A stretch of DNA of 64,000 nucleotides from Camelus dromedarius (lineage: Eukaryota), in contig NC_087437.1 of assembly GCF_036321535.1 (NCBI RefSeq), forward strand, positions 18,974,001 through 19,038,000, in the 5' to 3' direction. Under the pieces are notes generated by a model. That model saw nothing but the letters and a program-made list of their open reading frames with translations. It was not told where the DNA came from and did not search any database. The position numbers and the translations under genes are program-made. This document shows, piece after piece, positions 48,836 through 63,600 of the stretch (the stretch's first letter is position 1; each line of letters opens with the position of its first letter).

Positions 48836-50244
48836 ATTATGTTTATAATCTGTCTTTCCCACTTGACAGCTGTCAGCTCTGTCCTCAGCATCTTGAACAG
48901 TGCCTGGCGTGTAGCTGGGGTTCAGTGAATGGTAAACAATATCCCCCTCCTCCTCCTCATCATCCTGAAAGGGAATCTGATCTGTTAGAAAGTTCTCTTC
49001 CAGGTGATTTCATCATATAACTTTTATATAATTCGGGAATGGCTTGCTGGGCACTAGATCAGATAGCTTTCATCCTGCCTTATTTTTCTTTACTCTGAGA
49101 TGCCCATAGATTGTCGGGGTGGATTATCAGTCCCACTCCTTGGGCTTTCTTGGTGTCAGTCGGTAATTCCTAATCAATCAGCAGGAACTGCTTGAACCAC
49201 TGTAGGGGAGGAATTAGCAAGTCAGTGTCTGGTTCTGGGCAGGGTAAAAGATGGCTGTAGATGGGTCTCTGGGAGAAGAAAGCTGAGGGAACTTGGGGAC
49301 AGGAAGCTAGGCACAAGATGGACATGGCTCAGTGGGACTCAGGAGTTTTCTCCACATTGGGCATCTGGGCACTATGAATTATGAATCCTTTGTTGCTTCA
49401 TTTGAGACTCTGAGGCCCAGGTCCAGAGCTCCAGCCCAAGAGTGCTCTTGACATTGGCTCTAATGAGGGCCATTCTGTTACCCCCTAGAATGCATAACTA
49501 GCTTTAAGAAATTTCTAATTATTTTAATTCACATTAGTAATAATATCTGAATACATTTTAAAGAACATCTAAACAGCATAGTTGAAGCTGTAGTCTCCCT
49601 TCCACTCCCCAGCAACTCCCAATTCAGGGTTGATATGGCAAATTCCTTTTCTATGTATTTACATGCATAACACATGGGATTTGTTTTCTTCCTGGAATGG
49701 CAAAGTATTGTGAGTATTTTTCTGCAGTGTTGCTTATTGCTGTCTGGTACTGTCATCCGCAAAGTACATTATCTCACCCAGCTTTCATTCAAGAGGTCTT
49801 TTCCAACATGCAATACTGGCTTCTATAGGAAAATGTTGTATAAGCAAAGGCAACTTCAAATATCTCTCGTACAGCAACACCTCAGTGTTTGCCTGAAGCA
49901 GAGTGATGGTAGTGGCCCACTCACTTTCTGCTTACCTTACAGCAATTCAGGTAATTCTGGTAGATTATGCTGTGCTTTCTTTACTTCCTGAAAAAATTAC
50001 TGAGGTGTGAATGGCATTGTATTACTGGTGCTATTCCAATGCTTAGAACTGATGACGGCATATGTGGTTACAAATCATTAATCCCTTACTATTTTAGGAA
50101 TGACAAAACTGTCATTAAAGAAGTTATTTAGAATTTTAACAGGTAAGGCTGAAGCTGAAGCTAAATAGCAGTTTGTTTTTTCCACCAAATACTTCAGCTT
50201 CTCTTATTGTAAGTGAAAGCCAATTATTTCTGTATATTAATTTT

Positions 50245-51067
50245 TTTAACATTTTTATTGATTTATAATCATTTTATAATGTTGTGTCAAATTCCAGTGT
50301 TCAGCACAATTTTTCAGTTATTCATGGACATATACACACTCATTGTCACATTTTTTTCTCTGTGAGTTATCATAACATTTTGTGTATATTTCCCTGTGCT
50401 ATACAGTGTATAGTCTATTCTACAATTTTGAAATCCCAGTCTATCCCTTCCCACCCTCCGCCCCCCTGGTAACCACAAGTCTGTATTCTCTGTCTGTGAG
50501 TCTATTTCTGTCCTTTATTTACTCTTTGTTTTTGTTTGTTTGTTTGTTTTTGTTTTTGTTTTTTAGATTCCACATATGAGCGATCTCATATGGTATTTTT
50601 CTTTCTCTTTCTGGCTTACTTCACTTAGAATGACATTCTCCAGGAGCATCCATGTTGCTGCAAATGGCATTATGTTGTCGGTTTTTATGGCTGAGTAGTA
50701 TTCCATTGTATAAATATACCACCTCTTCTTTATCCAGTCACCTGTTGATGGACATTTAGGCTGTTTCCATCTTTTGGCTATTGTAAATAGTGCTGCTATG
50801 AACATTGGGGTGCAGGTGTCATCCTGAAGTAGATTTCCTTCTGGATACAAGCCCAGGAGTGGGATTCCTGGGTCATATGGTAAGTCTATTCCTAGTCTTT
50901 TGAGGAATCTCCACACTGTTTTCCATAGTGGCTGCACCAAACTGCATTCCCACCAGCAGTGTAGGAGGGTTCCCCTTTCTCCACAGCCTCTCCAGCATTT
51001 GTCATTTGTGGATTTTTGAATGACGGCCATTCTGACTGGTGTGAGGTGATACCTCATTGTAGTTTTG
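50245..51067 (-). mobile_element. Young 5'-truncated L1
   Basis: Open ORF2 C-terminus ([13 protein letters not shown]...[18 protein letters not shown]...); 18-bp TSD TTTCTGTATATTAATTTT (50227-50244, 51068-51085). Confidence 0.93.
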
Positions 51068-52204
51068 TTTCTGTATATTAATTTTGTATTCAGCTTTCTT
51101 ATGGAATTCTCCTTACTTTTTGGGTTTATAATCATATGATCTGTAAGTGGCCTTATTTTCTCTCCTTTCAAAATTTTAAACATCTGTTCTTTTCTTGTTT
51201 AGTTTTGTTGGCTAGTGTCACCAGTACGATGTCAAATACTAGTCAGAAAGTGGCATGTTTTTCTTGTTCTAGACTTTGGTTGTACTCCTGCTAGTGTCTA
51301 CCTATTAAACCTGTTACCGGCTGTTACTCAGAAATAGATGTATTGTCAAAGAAGTATCAATGTTTTTAAAATTTTTAATATTATAAATTTAAATCTATTT
51401 TTTAAGGTATAACATAAATACTGAAAAATGCATGATCCATAAATGCCAAGCTCAAAGAATTTTTACAAAATGAATACCCGTGTAACCCCCTCTCAAGACA
51501 AGGAGAATGTGACCAGCTTCCCAGAACTCCTCAAGCAACCTCCCATTCACTCTACCTACCGTGCTTCTCAACGATCATTTCTGTCCTGCCTTCTAACATC
51601 ATCAGTTACTGCTTGCTGTCCTTTATATAACTGAAATAATTCACTTTCATCTTTGTGTTTAGTGTTTGTTTGTTGTGGTGTGTAGCTGTCGTTTGTTCAT
51701 TTTCACTTCTGTAAAAATTCCATTGTAAGGATATACTATTATTTATTCTATTGTTGATAGGCATTTTCTGTTTTTAGTTTTGGGCTGTTACAAATGGCTG
51801 CTACAGACAGTCTTGCACGTGACTTCCGTTGCACTTGGGCCCACATTTCTGTTGACTGAATATCTAGGAATAGAATTGCTTTATCATAATATATTTGTAC
51901 ATTCAACTTTATCAAATAGTTTCCCAAAGTGATTGCATCAATTTACATACACACCAACAGCATTTGAGCACTCTCTTTGCTCTACACATCCTTACTGACA
52001 CATTATTCTAGCCATTGAAGGGATATGCGTATCTCATAAAGTTTTATATAATGAGGTGGATCACCTTATTGTATGTTTATTGGCCATTTCTATACACTCT
52101 ATTCTAAATGCCTATTCAAGTCTCTTGCCATTTTTCTATTGGGTGGTTGGTCTTTGTTTACAGCATTAGTTTGGAGAAGTTCTTTGTGCGTTCCGGTTTT
52201 GAGT

Positions 52205-54050
52205 TCTTTGTTTTTTGTTTTTTGTTTTTAAAGTTTGTATTGAAGTATAGTTCATTTATAATGTTGTATTATTTTCAGGTATATAGCAAAGTGATTCAGT
52301 TATATATATACATATTCTTTTGCAGATTCTTTTCCATTATAGGTTATTATAAGATACTGAATATAGTTCCCTGTGCTATACAATAGCTCCTTGTGGTTTG
52401 TCTGTTTTTTATATAGTAGTGTGTATCTATTAAACTCAAACCCCTAATTTGTCCCTCCCCTCCACCCCTTTGCCCTTTGGTAACTGTAGTTTGTTTTCTC
52501 TGTTCTGTGAGTCTTAAATAAACTCAGTTTGTAAATAAGTTCTTTTGTATCTTTTTTTTAGATTCTACGTATAAGTGATATTATATATTTGTCTTTCTCT
52601 GTCTGACTTATTTCACTTAATATGATGATCTCTAAATCCATCCATATTGCTGCAAATGGCATTATTTCATTTGTTTTTATGCCTGAGAAATATTCCATTG
52701 TGTATATATGCTACATCTTCTTTATCCATTCATCTGTCAATGGATATTTAGTTTGCTTCCATGTCTTGGCTATTGTAAATAGTGCTGCTATGAACATTGG
52801 GGTGCATGTATCTTTTCCAGTTAGATATATGCCCAGGAGTGGGATTGCTAGATCAAACGGTAACTGTGTTTTTAGTTCTTTAAGGAACCTCCATACTGTT
52901 TTCCATAGTGCCTGCACCATTTTACATTTCCACCTATGTATGAGGGTTCCCTTTCCTCCACACCTCTTCAGCATTTATTATTTGTAGACTTTGATAATTG
53001 CCATTCTGACAGGTGTGAGGTGACACCTCATTGTAGTTTTGATTTGCATTTCTCTGATAATTAGCAATGTTGAGTATCTTTTCATATGCCTGTTGGCCAT
53101 CTGTATGTCTTCTTGAGAGAAAAGCTATTTAGGTCTTCTGCTCATTTTTTGACTTTTTGTTTTGGATGTTGAGTTATATGAGCTGTTTGTATATTTTGGA
53201 AATTAATCGCTTGTCAGTTATATTGTTTGCAAATATTTTCTCCCACTCTGTAGTTTTTTTCATTTTGTTTATATAGTTTCTTTTGCTGTGCAAAAGCTTT
53301 TAAAGTTTATTAGGTCCCATTTGTTTATTTTGGTTTTATTTCATTTGTCTAGGGAGACTGAGCTAAGAACATATTGCTATGATTTATGTCAGAGAATGCT
53401 TTGCCTGTGTTCTATTCTAGGAGTTTTATGGTCTCATGTCTTATATTTTGGTCTTTAAGCCATTTTGAGTTTATTTTGTGTCTGCTGTGAGGGAGTATTC
53501 TAACTTTATTGATTTACATGTGGCTGTCCAGCTTTCCCAACAACACTTGCTGAAGAAACTGACTTTTCTCCATTGTATATTCTTGCCTCTTTTGTCTAAG
53601 ATTAATTGACTGTAGATGTGTGGGTTTATTTCATGGCTCTCTTTTCTATTCTGTTTCTCTATATGTCTGTTTTGTGCCAATACTTTACTGTTTTGATTAC
53701 TATAGCTTTGTAGTATTGTCTGAAGTCTGGGAGGGTTCTATCTCCAGCTTTGTTCTTTTTCCTCAGGTTTGCTTTGGCAATTCTGGTTCTTTTGTGGTTC
53801 CATATAAGTTTTAGGTTATTTGTTTTAGTTCTGTAAAAAATGTCATGGATAATTTCATAAAGATTGCATTAAATCTGTAGCTTTTTGCAGTATGGCTATT
53901 TTAACTGTATTAATTCTTTCAGTCCAAGGGCATGGGCTATCTTTCCATTTCCTGGAATCATCTTTGATTTCCTTTACCAATGTTTTATTTTTCTCAGCAT
54001 ATAATTCTTTAACCTCCTTGGTTAGGTTTATTCTTAGATATTTTATTTAA
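52205..54050 (-). mobile_element. L1 3' fragment inserted in an older L1 (host ~51380-54900)
   Basis: ORF2 peptides [13 protein letters not shown] and IYSQLILDKRGKNIQW. Confidence 0.88.
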
Positions 54051-55216
54051 TTATTTTCTTCTGATGACTTTGTAAAATTTCCCCTTGTTACCTTTTAGGT
54101 CTTTGATTTGCTAGACATTTAAAAAAATTAATATTGTGCATGAAGATTTTGTCTTTATTTTTTCAGATAGATAGCCAACTGTCTCTACACCATTGTTGAA
54201 TAGTAAAGTATTTCTCTATTCATTTGAATTGCTATCTTTGTTGTAAACAAAAATTTCCCTATATTTGTTGGTCTATTTCTAGACTTTTTATTATGTTCAT
54301 TAATCTGTGATATATTTTTCCTAATTGCCAAACTATTTTTATTACTAACTTTTTGATTTCTAGTAGGCAAGTTTGCTTATTAGTCTTCTCTTTCAAAATT
54401 GTCTTGGCTATTCTGCACATGTTCTCTTTCCGATGAATTCATACTGAGCTGATAAACATCTTTTAAAATCTATTATGAAAAGAGTATGAAAATGAATGTG
54501 TGTATGTATATGTATGACTGAAACATGCTGTACACTAGAAACTGACACAACATTGTAGACTGACTATACATAAATAAAAAAGAATGCAAATTAAAAAATT
54601 AACATCTATTATGATTTTGGGTGGGATTGCATTGAGTTATATATTTACTTGAGGGTATTGACATTTTTATAATTTCATATCTTCCTGTCTAAGAACAGTG
54701 CACCTAACAATTTATTCAGAATGTTTTAATATACAAGTATTAAAGCTTTCTCCATATAGGTCTTGTGAACTTTTTCCTAGATTCATTCTTATGGTATTTA
54801 TTTTATTGTTTTGTTGCTCTTGTGAATAGGGTATTTTCTTTTTTTGTTACATTTTAAAAATCGCTTGTGGGTGTAAAGGAAAGCTACCCTTTGAATTTCC
54901 TTCCCTTCCTTTTCTCTTCCCCTTATCTGAGGCTAAGTTAGCCTGTGGATGCTGAGTTTTGTAACTGCACTCTGTGGTTGCACAATGAGAAGGTGCTGTT
55001 CAGGGGATGTGTCACTTGTTAGCCTTTGCCTGTGGGGGCTCCCTGTTGTTTCTCAGGGTCTCCAGATCCTCTGTCCTGCCCTCCCCCTGTGCTGTCCCTC
55101 TCTGACTCTACCTGGGCTAGATAGCACTGCCAGGTACTAGCAGGTAAGGGATGAAGGACAGGGTGACCCAGCTGGCTCCCTGATCATTTACCCTGTTGAT
55201 TTCCTTAAGTCCTCTC

Positions 55217-55741
55217 TGTCAAGAACTGGGAAGTTCTGAGGTTTTACCTGACTTGCAAGCTCACAAGTGAGCCTACCACAGTCTCATGGAAGCTGGTAGA
55301 AGACACAAGACTCCTGGATCAGAGACAAATGGCTTTATTACTCAGGGATCAGTCAGCAATGCAAGCTTCATTGTCATGTTAGTTCCCCTTGCCTCTTTCA
55401 TCCAAGTGCCATGGGGATGACACAGCTGGCTCAGGTGAATGCTGCCCTTGAAGTGGGTTGGCGTTAAAAGGACCCTGTGCTTGGGAAACCCCAGTCTTTT
55501 GTAATGGACTGTAACCACATTTTTTCAGCCTTTGCCACTGAGGGAGACATTATTTTTATTGCACTGGGCAGCAACCAAACTTGCTCTCTGCAACTGGAGG
55601 GAGACACCAGTCTCTTGTCTTCTAAGGCTGTTTTCTATTTGCACATCCTTGAAAGGATAGTCTGGAAAAAAATCTGTCAGTACCTGTGTTTATAAGACAT
55701 GCAGAAATGTTGGAGACCCATGGAGAATTCTCTTTTCAACA
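55217..55741 (-). mobile_element. Solo LTR, LTR40-like (ERVL)
   Basis: Minus strand TGTTGAAAAGAGAATTCTCCATGGGTCTCC...TTCTTGACA resembles LTR40; TG..CA termini. Confidence 0.7.
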
Positions 55742-56323
55742 TTCTTCTGCTCTTGGAATCCACTACCTCTGAGGTTTGAATAACCTTGGGATCCTGCCTG
55801 CTTTTATGTACCAAGTCCTTCTGAGCTTGAGTTTTGGCTGTGATTTTTTTCTTTCAAACCAAATCCTCTCTGTCTCTCATAATTTTGCATACTTCTGAAA
55901 TTTCTAGTTTATAAAGAGCACTTTGTCCAATTTACCAGTGCTTTTTATAGTGCGAAACAGTGACCCTGGAGGCCAGAGGGGGTGACAATAAGAATTATTG
56001 TAGGCCCCAGGAGAAGATGGTCAGGCATCCCTCCTGTTCCAGTGGGTCAGCTAACCATATTGATGGTTCAGATACTTGCTTAAATTCACCCACTCTTCTC
56101 TCTAGTGCCATTAATTTATCAAGATCCTCATTATCTCTCACTAGGATTATTCTATTGGAATATCAGCTCCATGAGGACAGCAATTTGTGTCAGTTTTGTT
56201 CACTGTTTCCTTGCTGCCTAGAACAGTGCTTGGAGATTTATTTATTGAATGAATGTATTTTATTTTAAAATAACAGTTTCATTGATACATAACTCATATA
56301 CCATAAAGTTCATTCACCCTTTT

Positions 56324-59300
56324 ATTTTTGTTTATTTTATTTTTTGATGGTTTGGATGGAAAATTCAAGTTATTTTTATTTTATTTTATTTTTAACTTTT
56401 TTTTATTGAGTTATAGTCATTTTACAATGTTGTGTCAAATTCTAGTGTAGAGCACAATTTGTCAGTTATACATGAACATACATATATTCATTGTCACATT
56501 GTTTTTCACTGTGAGCTACCACAAGATCTTGTATTTATTTCCCTGCACTATACAGTATAATCTTGTTTATCTATTCTGCATATGCCTGTCAGTATCTATA
56601 AATTTTGAACTCCCAGTTTGTCTCTTCCCACCCTCCTTCCCCTTAGCAACCACAAGTTTGTATTCTATGTCTATGAGTCTGTTTTTGTTTTGTATTTATG
56701 TTCCTTTTTTTTTTTTTTTTTTTTTTTTTAGATTCCACATATGAGTGATCTCATATGGTATTTTTTTCTCTCTATGGCTTACTTCACTTAGAATGACATT
56801 CTCCAGGGACATCCATGTTGCTGCAAATGGCGTTATGTTGTTGGTTTTTATGGCTTAATAGTATTCCATTGTATAAATGTATCACTACTTCTTTATCCAG
56901 TCATCTGTGGATGAACATTTAGGCTGTTTCCATGTCTTGGCTATTATAAATAGTGCTGCTATAAACACTGGGGTGCAGGTGTCTTTTTGAAGTAGGGTTC
57001 CTTCTGGATATATGCCCAGGAGTGGGATTACTGGGTCATATGGTAATTCTATTCCTAGTCTTTTGAGAAATCTCCATACTGTTTTCCACAGTGGCTACAC
57101 CAAACTGCACTCACACCAGCAGTGTAGGAGGGTTCCCTTTTCTCCACAGCCTCTCCAGCATCTGTCATTTGTGGACTTTTGAATGATGACCATTCAGGCT
57201 GGTGTGAGGTGATACCTCATTGTAGTTTTGATTTCCATTTCTCTGATAATTAGTGATATTGAGCATTTTTTCATGTGCCTATTGATCATTTATATGTCTT
57301 CCTTGGAGAATTGCTTGTTTAGGTCTTCTGCCCATTTTTGGATTGGGTTGTTTGTTTTTTTCTTATTAAGTTGTATGAGCTGCTTATATATTCTGGAGGT
57401 CAAGCCTTTGTTGGTTTCATCGTTTGTAAAAATTTTGTCCCATTCCGTAGGTTGTTGTTTTGTTTTACTTATGGTTTCCTTTGCTGTGCGGAAGCTTGTA
57501 AGTTTCATTAGGTCCCATTTGTTTATTCTTGCTTTTATTTCTATTGCTTGGGTAGACTGCCCTAGGGGAACATTTCTGAGATGTATGTCAGATAATGTTT
57601 TGCCTATGTTTTCTTCTAGGAGGTTTATTGTATCTTGTCTTACGTGTAAGTCTTTGATCCATTTAGAGTTTATTTTTGTGTATGGTGTAAGGGAGTGTTC
57701 TAGCTTCATTGATTTACATGCTGCTGTCCAGTTTTCCCAACACCATTTTCTGAAGAGACTGTCTTTATTCCAATGTATATTCTTGCCTCCTTTGTTGAAG
57801 ATTAGTTGACCAAAAGTTTGTGGGTTCATTTCTGGGCTCTCTGTTCTGCTCCATTGGTCTATATGTCTGTTTTTCTACCAATACCGTGCTGTCTTGATGA
57901 CTGTAGATCTATAGTATTGTCTGAAGTCTGGGAGAGTTATTCCTCCAGCCTCTTTCTTTTTCTTCAGTAATGCTTTGGTAATTCTAGGTCTTTTACGGTT
58001 CCATATAAATTTTATTATGATTTTTTTTTCTAGTTCTGTGAAATACGTCCTGGGTAATTTGATGGGGATTGCATTACATTTGTAGATTGCTTTGGGCAGT
58101 ATGACCATTTTAACAATATTGATTCTTCCAATCCAAGAGCGTGGGATACCTTTCCATTTTTTTTTAAAGTCTTCTTTAATTTCCTCATCAATGGTTTATA
58201 GTTTTCCATGTATAAGTCTTTCACCTCCTTGGTTAGATTTATTCCTAGGTATTTTATTACTTTGGGTGCTATTTTAAAGGGGATTGTTTCTCTACTTTCT
58301 TTTTCTGTTGATTCATCATTAGTGTAAAGAAATGCAACTGATTTTTGAACGTTAATCTTGTAACCTGATACCTTGCTGAATTCTTTGATTATTTCTAGTA
58401 GTTTTTGTGTGGACTTTTTAGGGTTTTCTGTATATAGTATCATGTCATCTGCAGATAGTGACACTTTTACTCTTCTTTTCCAATTTGGATCCTTTTTATT
58501 TCTCTCTCTTGCCTGATTGCTGTGGCTAGGACTTCCAAGACTATGTTGAATAGGAGTGGTGATAATGGGCAGCCTTTTCTTGTCCCAGATTTTAGTGGGA
58601 AACTTTTGAGTTCTTCACCGTTGAGTGCTATGCTGGCTGTAGGTTTGTCATATGTAGCTTTTATTATGTTGAGATATGATCCCTCTATACCCACTTGGGT
58701 GAGAGTTTTTATCATAAATGGGTGTTGAATTTTATCAAATGCCTTTTCTGCATCTATTGAGATGATCATGTGGTTTTTGTCCTTTCTCTTGTTGATGTGC
58801 TGTATTACATCGATTGATTTGCGTATGTTGAACCACCTTTGTGTTCCTGGGATGAACCCCACTTGGTCATGACGTATAATCTTTTTTATATGCTGTTGGA
58901 TTCTGTTTGCTAATATTTTGGTGAGGATTTTTGCATCTATGTTCATCAGTGATATTGGTCTGTAATTCTCTTTTTTTGTAGTGTCTTTGCCTGGTTTTGG
59001 TATCAGGGTGATCATGGCTTCATAGAATGAGTTTGGGAGTATTCCCTCCTTTTCAATCTTCTGGAAGAGTTTGAGAAGGATTGGTATGAGTTCTTTGTAT
59101 GTTTGGTAGACTTCCCTGGTGAAGCTGACTGGTCCTGGACTTTTGTTTGTAGGGAGGTTTTTTATTGCTAATTTGATTTCATTTATAGTGATTGGTTTGT
59201 TCAAGTGGTCAGTTTCTTCTTGATTCAGTCTTGGTGGACTGTATGTTTCCAGAAACTTGTCCGTCTCCTCTAGGTCATCCATTTTGGTTACATGTAGTTT

Positions 59301-60369
59301 TTCATAATATTCTCATATGATATTCTGTATTTCTATGTTATTTGTTGTAATTTCTCCATTTTCGTTTCTTATTTTGCTTATTTGTGCTGTTTTTTTTCTT
59401 CTTTGTGAGTTTGGCCAGAGGTTTCTTGACTTTATTCACTTTTTCAAAAACCAGCTTTTGGTTTGATTAATTTTTTCTATTTTTTTCAATCTCTATTTTA
59501 TTTATTTCCTCCCTGATCTTTATTATTTCCTTTCGTCTGCTGACTCTTGGGTTTTTTTGCTCTTCTTTTTCTAATTCTTTTAGCTGGTGGGTTAGATTGT
59601 TTATTTAAGATTCTTCTTTTTTGAGGAAGGTCTTTATTAAATGCTATACACTTCCCTCTTAGCACTGCCTTTGCTGCGTCCCATAAATTTTGTGTGGTTG
59701 TGCTTTCATTTTCATTTGTCACAAGGTATTTTTTAATTTCAATTTTGATTTCATCATTGACGCATTGGTTTTTTAATAGTATGTTGTTTAATCTCCATGC
59801 TTTACTTTTTTTCTCCTTTGTTTCTCTGTAGTTGATTTCTAGTTTCATGGCGTTGTGGTCAGTAAAGATGCTTGAGATAATTTCTATCTTCTTAAAATTG
59901 TTGAGGCTTCTTTTGTGCCCAAGTACATGATCAATCCTAGAAAATGTCCCATGTACACTTGAAAATAATGTGTATCCTATTTTTGGGGGGTGTAATGCTC
60001 TGAAAATATCCACCAACTCTAATTTTTCTATTTCATTTAATTTCTCTGTTGCCTTATTTATTTTCTGTCTGGAAGATCTGTCTAGTGATGTTAATGCGGT
60101 GTTAAAATCTCCGACAATGATTGTATTCCCATCAATTTCCCCCTTTATCTCTGTTAGTAATTGTTTTACGTACTTAGGTGCTCCTATATTTGGTACATAT
60201 ATATTAACGAATGTAATATCCTCATCTTGTATTACTCCTTTAATCATTATAAAATGTCCTTCTTTATCTTTCTTTATGGCCTTTGTTTTAGAGTCTATTT
60301 TGTCTGAAATCAGTACTGCTATACCTGCTTTTTTGGCTTTTCCATTTGCATGGGATATCCTTTTCCATC
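56324..60369 (-). mobile_element. Young ~4-kb 5'-truncated L1 (most of ORF2, frameshifted)
   Basis: EN domain ([20 protein letters not shown]) and RT domain ([22 protein letters not shown]) peptides; 14-bp TSD TCATTCACCCTTTT (56310-56323, 60370-60383). Confidence 0.96.
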
Positions 60370-60383
60370 TCATTCACCCTTTT

Positions 60384-61620
60384 AGAGTGTACGGTTCAGT
60401 TTTTTTTTTTAACTTTTTTTTTATTGAGTTATAGTCATTTTACAATGTTGTGTCAAATTCCAGTATAGAGCACAATTTTTCAGTTATACATGAACATATA
60501 TATATTCATTGTCACATTTTATTTTCACTGTGAGCTACCATAAGATCTTGTATGTATTTCCTTGTGCTATATAGTATAATCTTGTTTATCTGTTCTACAT
60601 TTTGAAAATTCACAAGGTCATGAATCAATTACCACTATCTAATTCCAGAATATTTTTATCTCTCAACAAAAAAACTCCCATCCCCCTTAGTAGTCACTTC
60701 ACATTTCCTCCTCTCCCAGCCCCTGACAACCACCAATTTACTTTTTGTCTCTATGGCTTTGCCTGTTTTGGAAATTCATCTAAGTGGGATCATGAAATAT
60801 GTGGTCTTTTATGATTGGGCAGTATGTTTTCAATATTCATCCATGTTGTAGCATGTGTCAATATTTCATTCTTTTTAATATTTGAATAATATGCTATTGT
60901 ATGAATATACCACGTTTTGTTTACCATTCATTAGTTGATGCACACTTGGATTGTTTCCACTTTTTGGGTATTATGAATAATGCTACTATGAACATTTGTG
61001 TATAGGTTTTTTTATGTGAAAATATGCTTTCAGTCTCTCAGATAGAGTGGAGTGGAATTACTGGGTTATGTGGTAGCTCTGTATTTAACTTTTTGAGGAC
61101 CTGCCAAACTTTTTTTTGAAGTGACTGCACCATTTAACATTCCCACCAGCAATGTATGAGGGTACCAATTACTCCATATCTTCACCAACACTTGTTATTG
61201 TCTATCTTTTTTTTTTTTTTTTGGTCTATTTTTGAGTAAAGCCATCTTAGTGATGTGAAGTAGAATCTTATTGTGGTTTTGATTTGCATTTCCCTGAAGA
61301 CCAATGATGTTCAACATCTTTTCATGTGCTTATTGATCATTTGTATACTTTCTTTAGAAAAATGTCTTCTCAAATCCTTTGCCGAGTTTTTATTTGGGTT
61401 ATTTGCCCTTTTATTGTTAAGTTGTATGAGTTCTTTTTATATTTTTGAAGAAATTCTCTTATTAGATACATGATTTGCAAATGTTTTCTTCCTTTCTGTG
61501 GGTTTTCTTTTTTCTTTTCTTCATGTTGTCCTTTGAGGCACAAAAGTTGTTAATTTTGATGAAGTTTTTTTCCCCTAATTTTTCTTTCATCATTTGCATT
61601 TGGGGGGTGTCATATCTAAA
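60384..61620 (-). mobile_element. Older L1 3' portion (host of the young L1; a second young L1 3' tip lies at ~60400-60603)
   Basis: L1 3'UTR and ORF2 antisense motifs continuing from 56270-56323. Confidence 0.75.
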
Positions 61621-63179
61621 TTGAATGAACATTTGAATAGTTTTATGTTTAAACATTTATTAGAAAATATTTTGAAAACATGATCTGAAACACTTCATTC
61701 ATGCAAGCTCTTTGGTTTTAAATTTAAATTAAAATTTTTTCTTTCCAATTTTTTTTTCTTTTTTGGGATAAATTTGTTGTGTAACATTGTGTAAGTTTAA
61801 GGTGTACAGCATGTTACTTTGATACATTTATATATCATCATGTAATTGCCAGTGTATTTATCACATTACATACTTACAGTACAATATTATTATCTATTGA
61901 ATAGTTTCTTAACCACTCTTCCCTAAACCCCACCCCTACATCTGTCTTTTTCATTAGAACCAAAGTGAGCATTCTAAAAAGAAAACTTATCAGTCACTTC
62001 CTATTTTAAATCCTGACTTGGCTTTCAGTGGCTTCTTATTGTTTGAGGAAAAGTCCAAAAACTGTTTTATGGCTAGAAGACTCTCAGTGGAGTGGACTTG
62101 CCTGTCCTATGTGCTGATACCCTGCTTTAAGCTTTAGTTGAATCATGGCTCTTGTTCATTTTCTCTCTTTTCCTTTCTCATCAGGGACTATGGCTCTATA
62201 TACGTGAAAGAGAGTAACATTGCAGAGAGATGAAATTACATAGGATCCTGACAGCATGAAAAAATGCTTTCAAAATGGGCTTTGTGTCATAGAAATAATA
62301 TTCAGTCCTGGAAATCCCAAGTGTGTGCTAATAAGGAATGAGTTTATTTCAAAGTCTAAAGCTGCCTTAGATGGTGATCCGAATGACTTCTTATCAACTC
62401 GAATGCCTTTTCCTGTGCAGTGTGCAGTTACTCTCAGGGTGAACACTTCTGAACTCCCTGGGAGAGCTGAAGGCTTCTCTGGTTTCCGTGTAATTCAATT
62501 TAAGCAACGCTGTCATAGCATCTGCAGCCTGAAGCTGTTTCCCACCCAGATATCACAGTTCAGGGTAGACGTGGAGGAGGCAGGGAGAGGGAACATACAG
62601 CATGTGTCCCCAGTCTTTCTCCCTGGGAGGTGGGGGAGTGGGAGGAGGGAATTAAGGGGGTCTACTATGTGCCTGGCAAGGTGCTAGCTGCTTTCTATAT
62701 ATCATAGCATTTAATCCTCACAACAATCTAGTGAGGCAGGTATTATACCCGTTCTTATAGAAGCCTGTCTCTTTTGGCTACCCAGATTCTGCTCTCTTTG
62801 ACCACCAGTAGCTCCATCTGAGAGTAGGAGAACATTAACAATGCTCTCACTTTGGCCCTACACTCCTCTAGTCCACAGTGCTGTCATAATTGTGGGCTTT
62901 CAGATGGGGGCAACTTTTGGCCAGGTCAGGGGTCCTCTCCTGGAACTGACTTCTGGGGCATCTCTCTATCCTCCTGGAAAGTTTCATTTTCTGCCTCTCA
63001 TTTCTCATGCCTGCTGTCTGGTGCTGGCCTGCCTTGTGGCCCACAGTGCCTGTATCTCTTTTTGACTTCCCTGGAGCTCTGAGGGGCCTGTGGTGGGCCC
63101 AGCCCCATGGAGATTTCTGGCAGGGCAGAGAGTCTCTCTGCCACCATCCCTCAACACCGTATCCTTGGTCTTGGTGTTT

Positions 63180-63600
63180 CTGCTCTGTGGGAGGTGCTGG
63201 GTCAGTGCTGGGATCCAGTGGTGAGGACAAGAAATACAGTTCCTGCCCTTATGAAGCTCACCTTCTTGCATGGGAGACCATTAACCAACAAGTAAACAAA
63301 CATAAGTAGCATCATTATACATTTTGATAGGAGTTAGAATGAAACATTTGTGAGATGGGGGAGACTATGCGTTAGATTAAGTGCTTGGTGGCAGATCTTA
63401 CAGCTGAGGTGAATAAGATGAGCAGGATTTGGTTGGGGTTCTTTGGGTAGGAGTGGTACAAAGGTCCCGAGGACAGAAAGAGTTTAGTATGTTTGGGGAA
63501 CTGAGAGAAGACTTTCATAGGGCATGGAAGAGAGAATGCAAGATGAGTGGGCAGAGGTGGGCAGGGACCAGATCGCGTGTAGCTTGTCAGCAAAGGAAGA
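63180..63600 (-). mobile_element. LINE-2 3' remnant
   Basis: GTGCTGGGATCCAGTGGTGAGGACAAGAAATACAGTTCCTGCCCTTATGAAGCTCACC is typical of antisense L2 3' sequence. Confidence 0.6.

Noticed and set aside
50563..51183. 206-aa ORF as a chimeric gene
   Set aside because: It is the L1 ORF2 C-terminus made open by chance into flanking DNA across the TSD.
57290..60373. Autonomous active L1 or a cellular reverse transcriptase gene
   Set aside because: 5'-truncated within the endonuclease domain, no ORF1 or 5'UTR, and ORF2 is split by frameshifts and stops.
62256..63309. ORFs at 62.2-63.3 kb as exons of a gene
   Set aside because: No recognisable protein similarity; interspersed with MIR/L2 remnants; cannot be supported from sequence alone.
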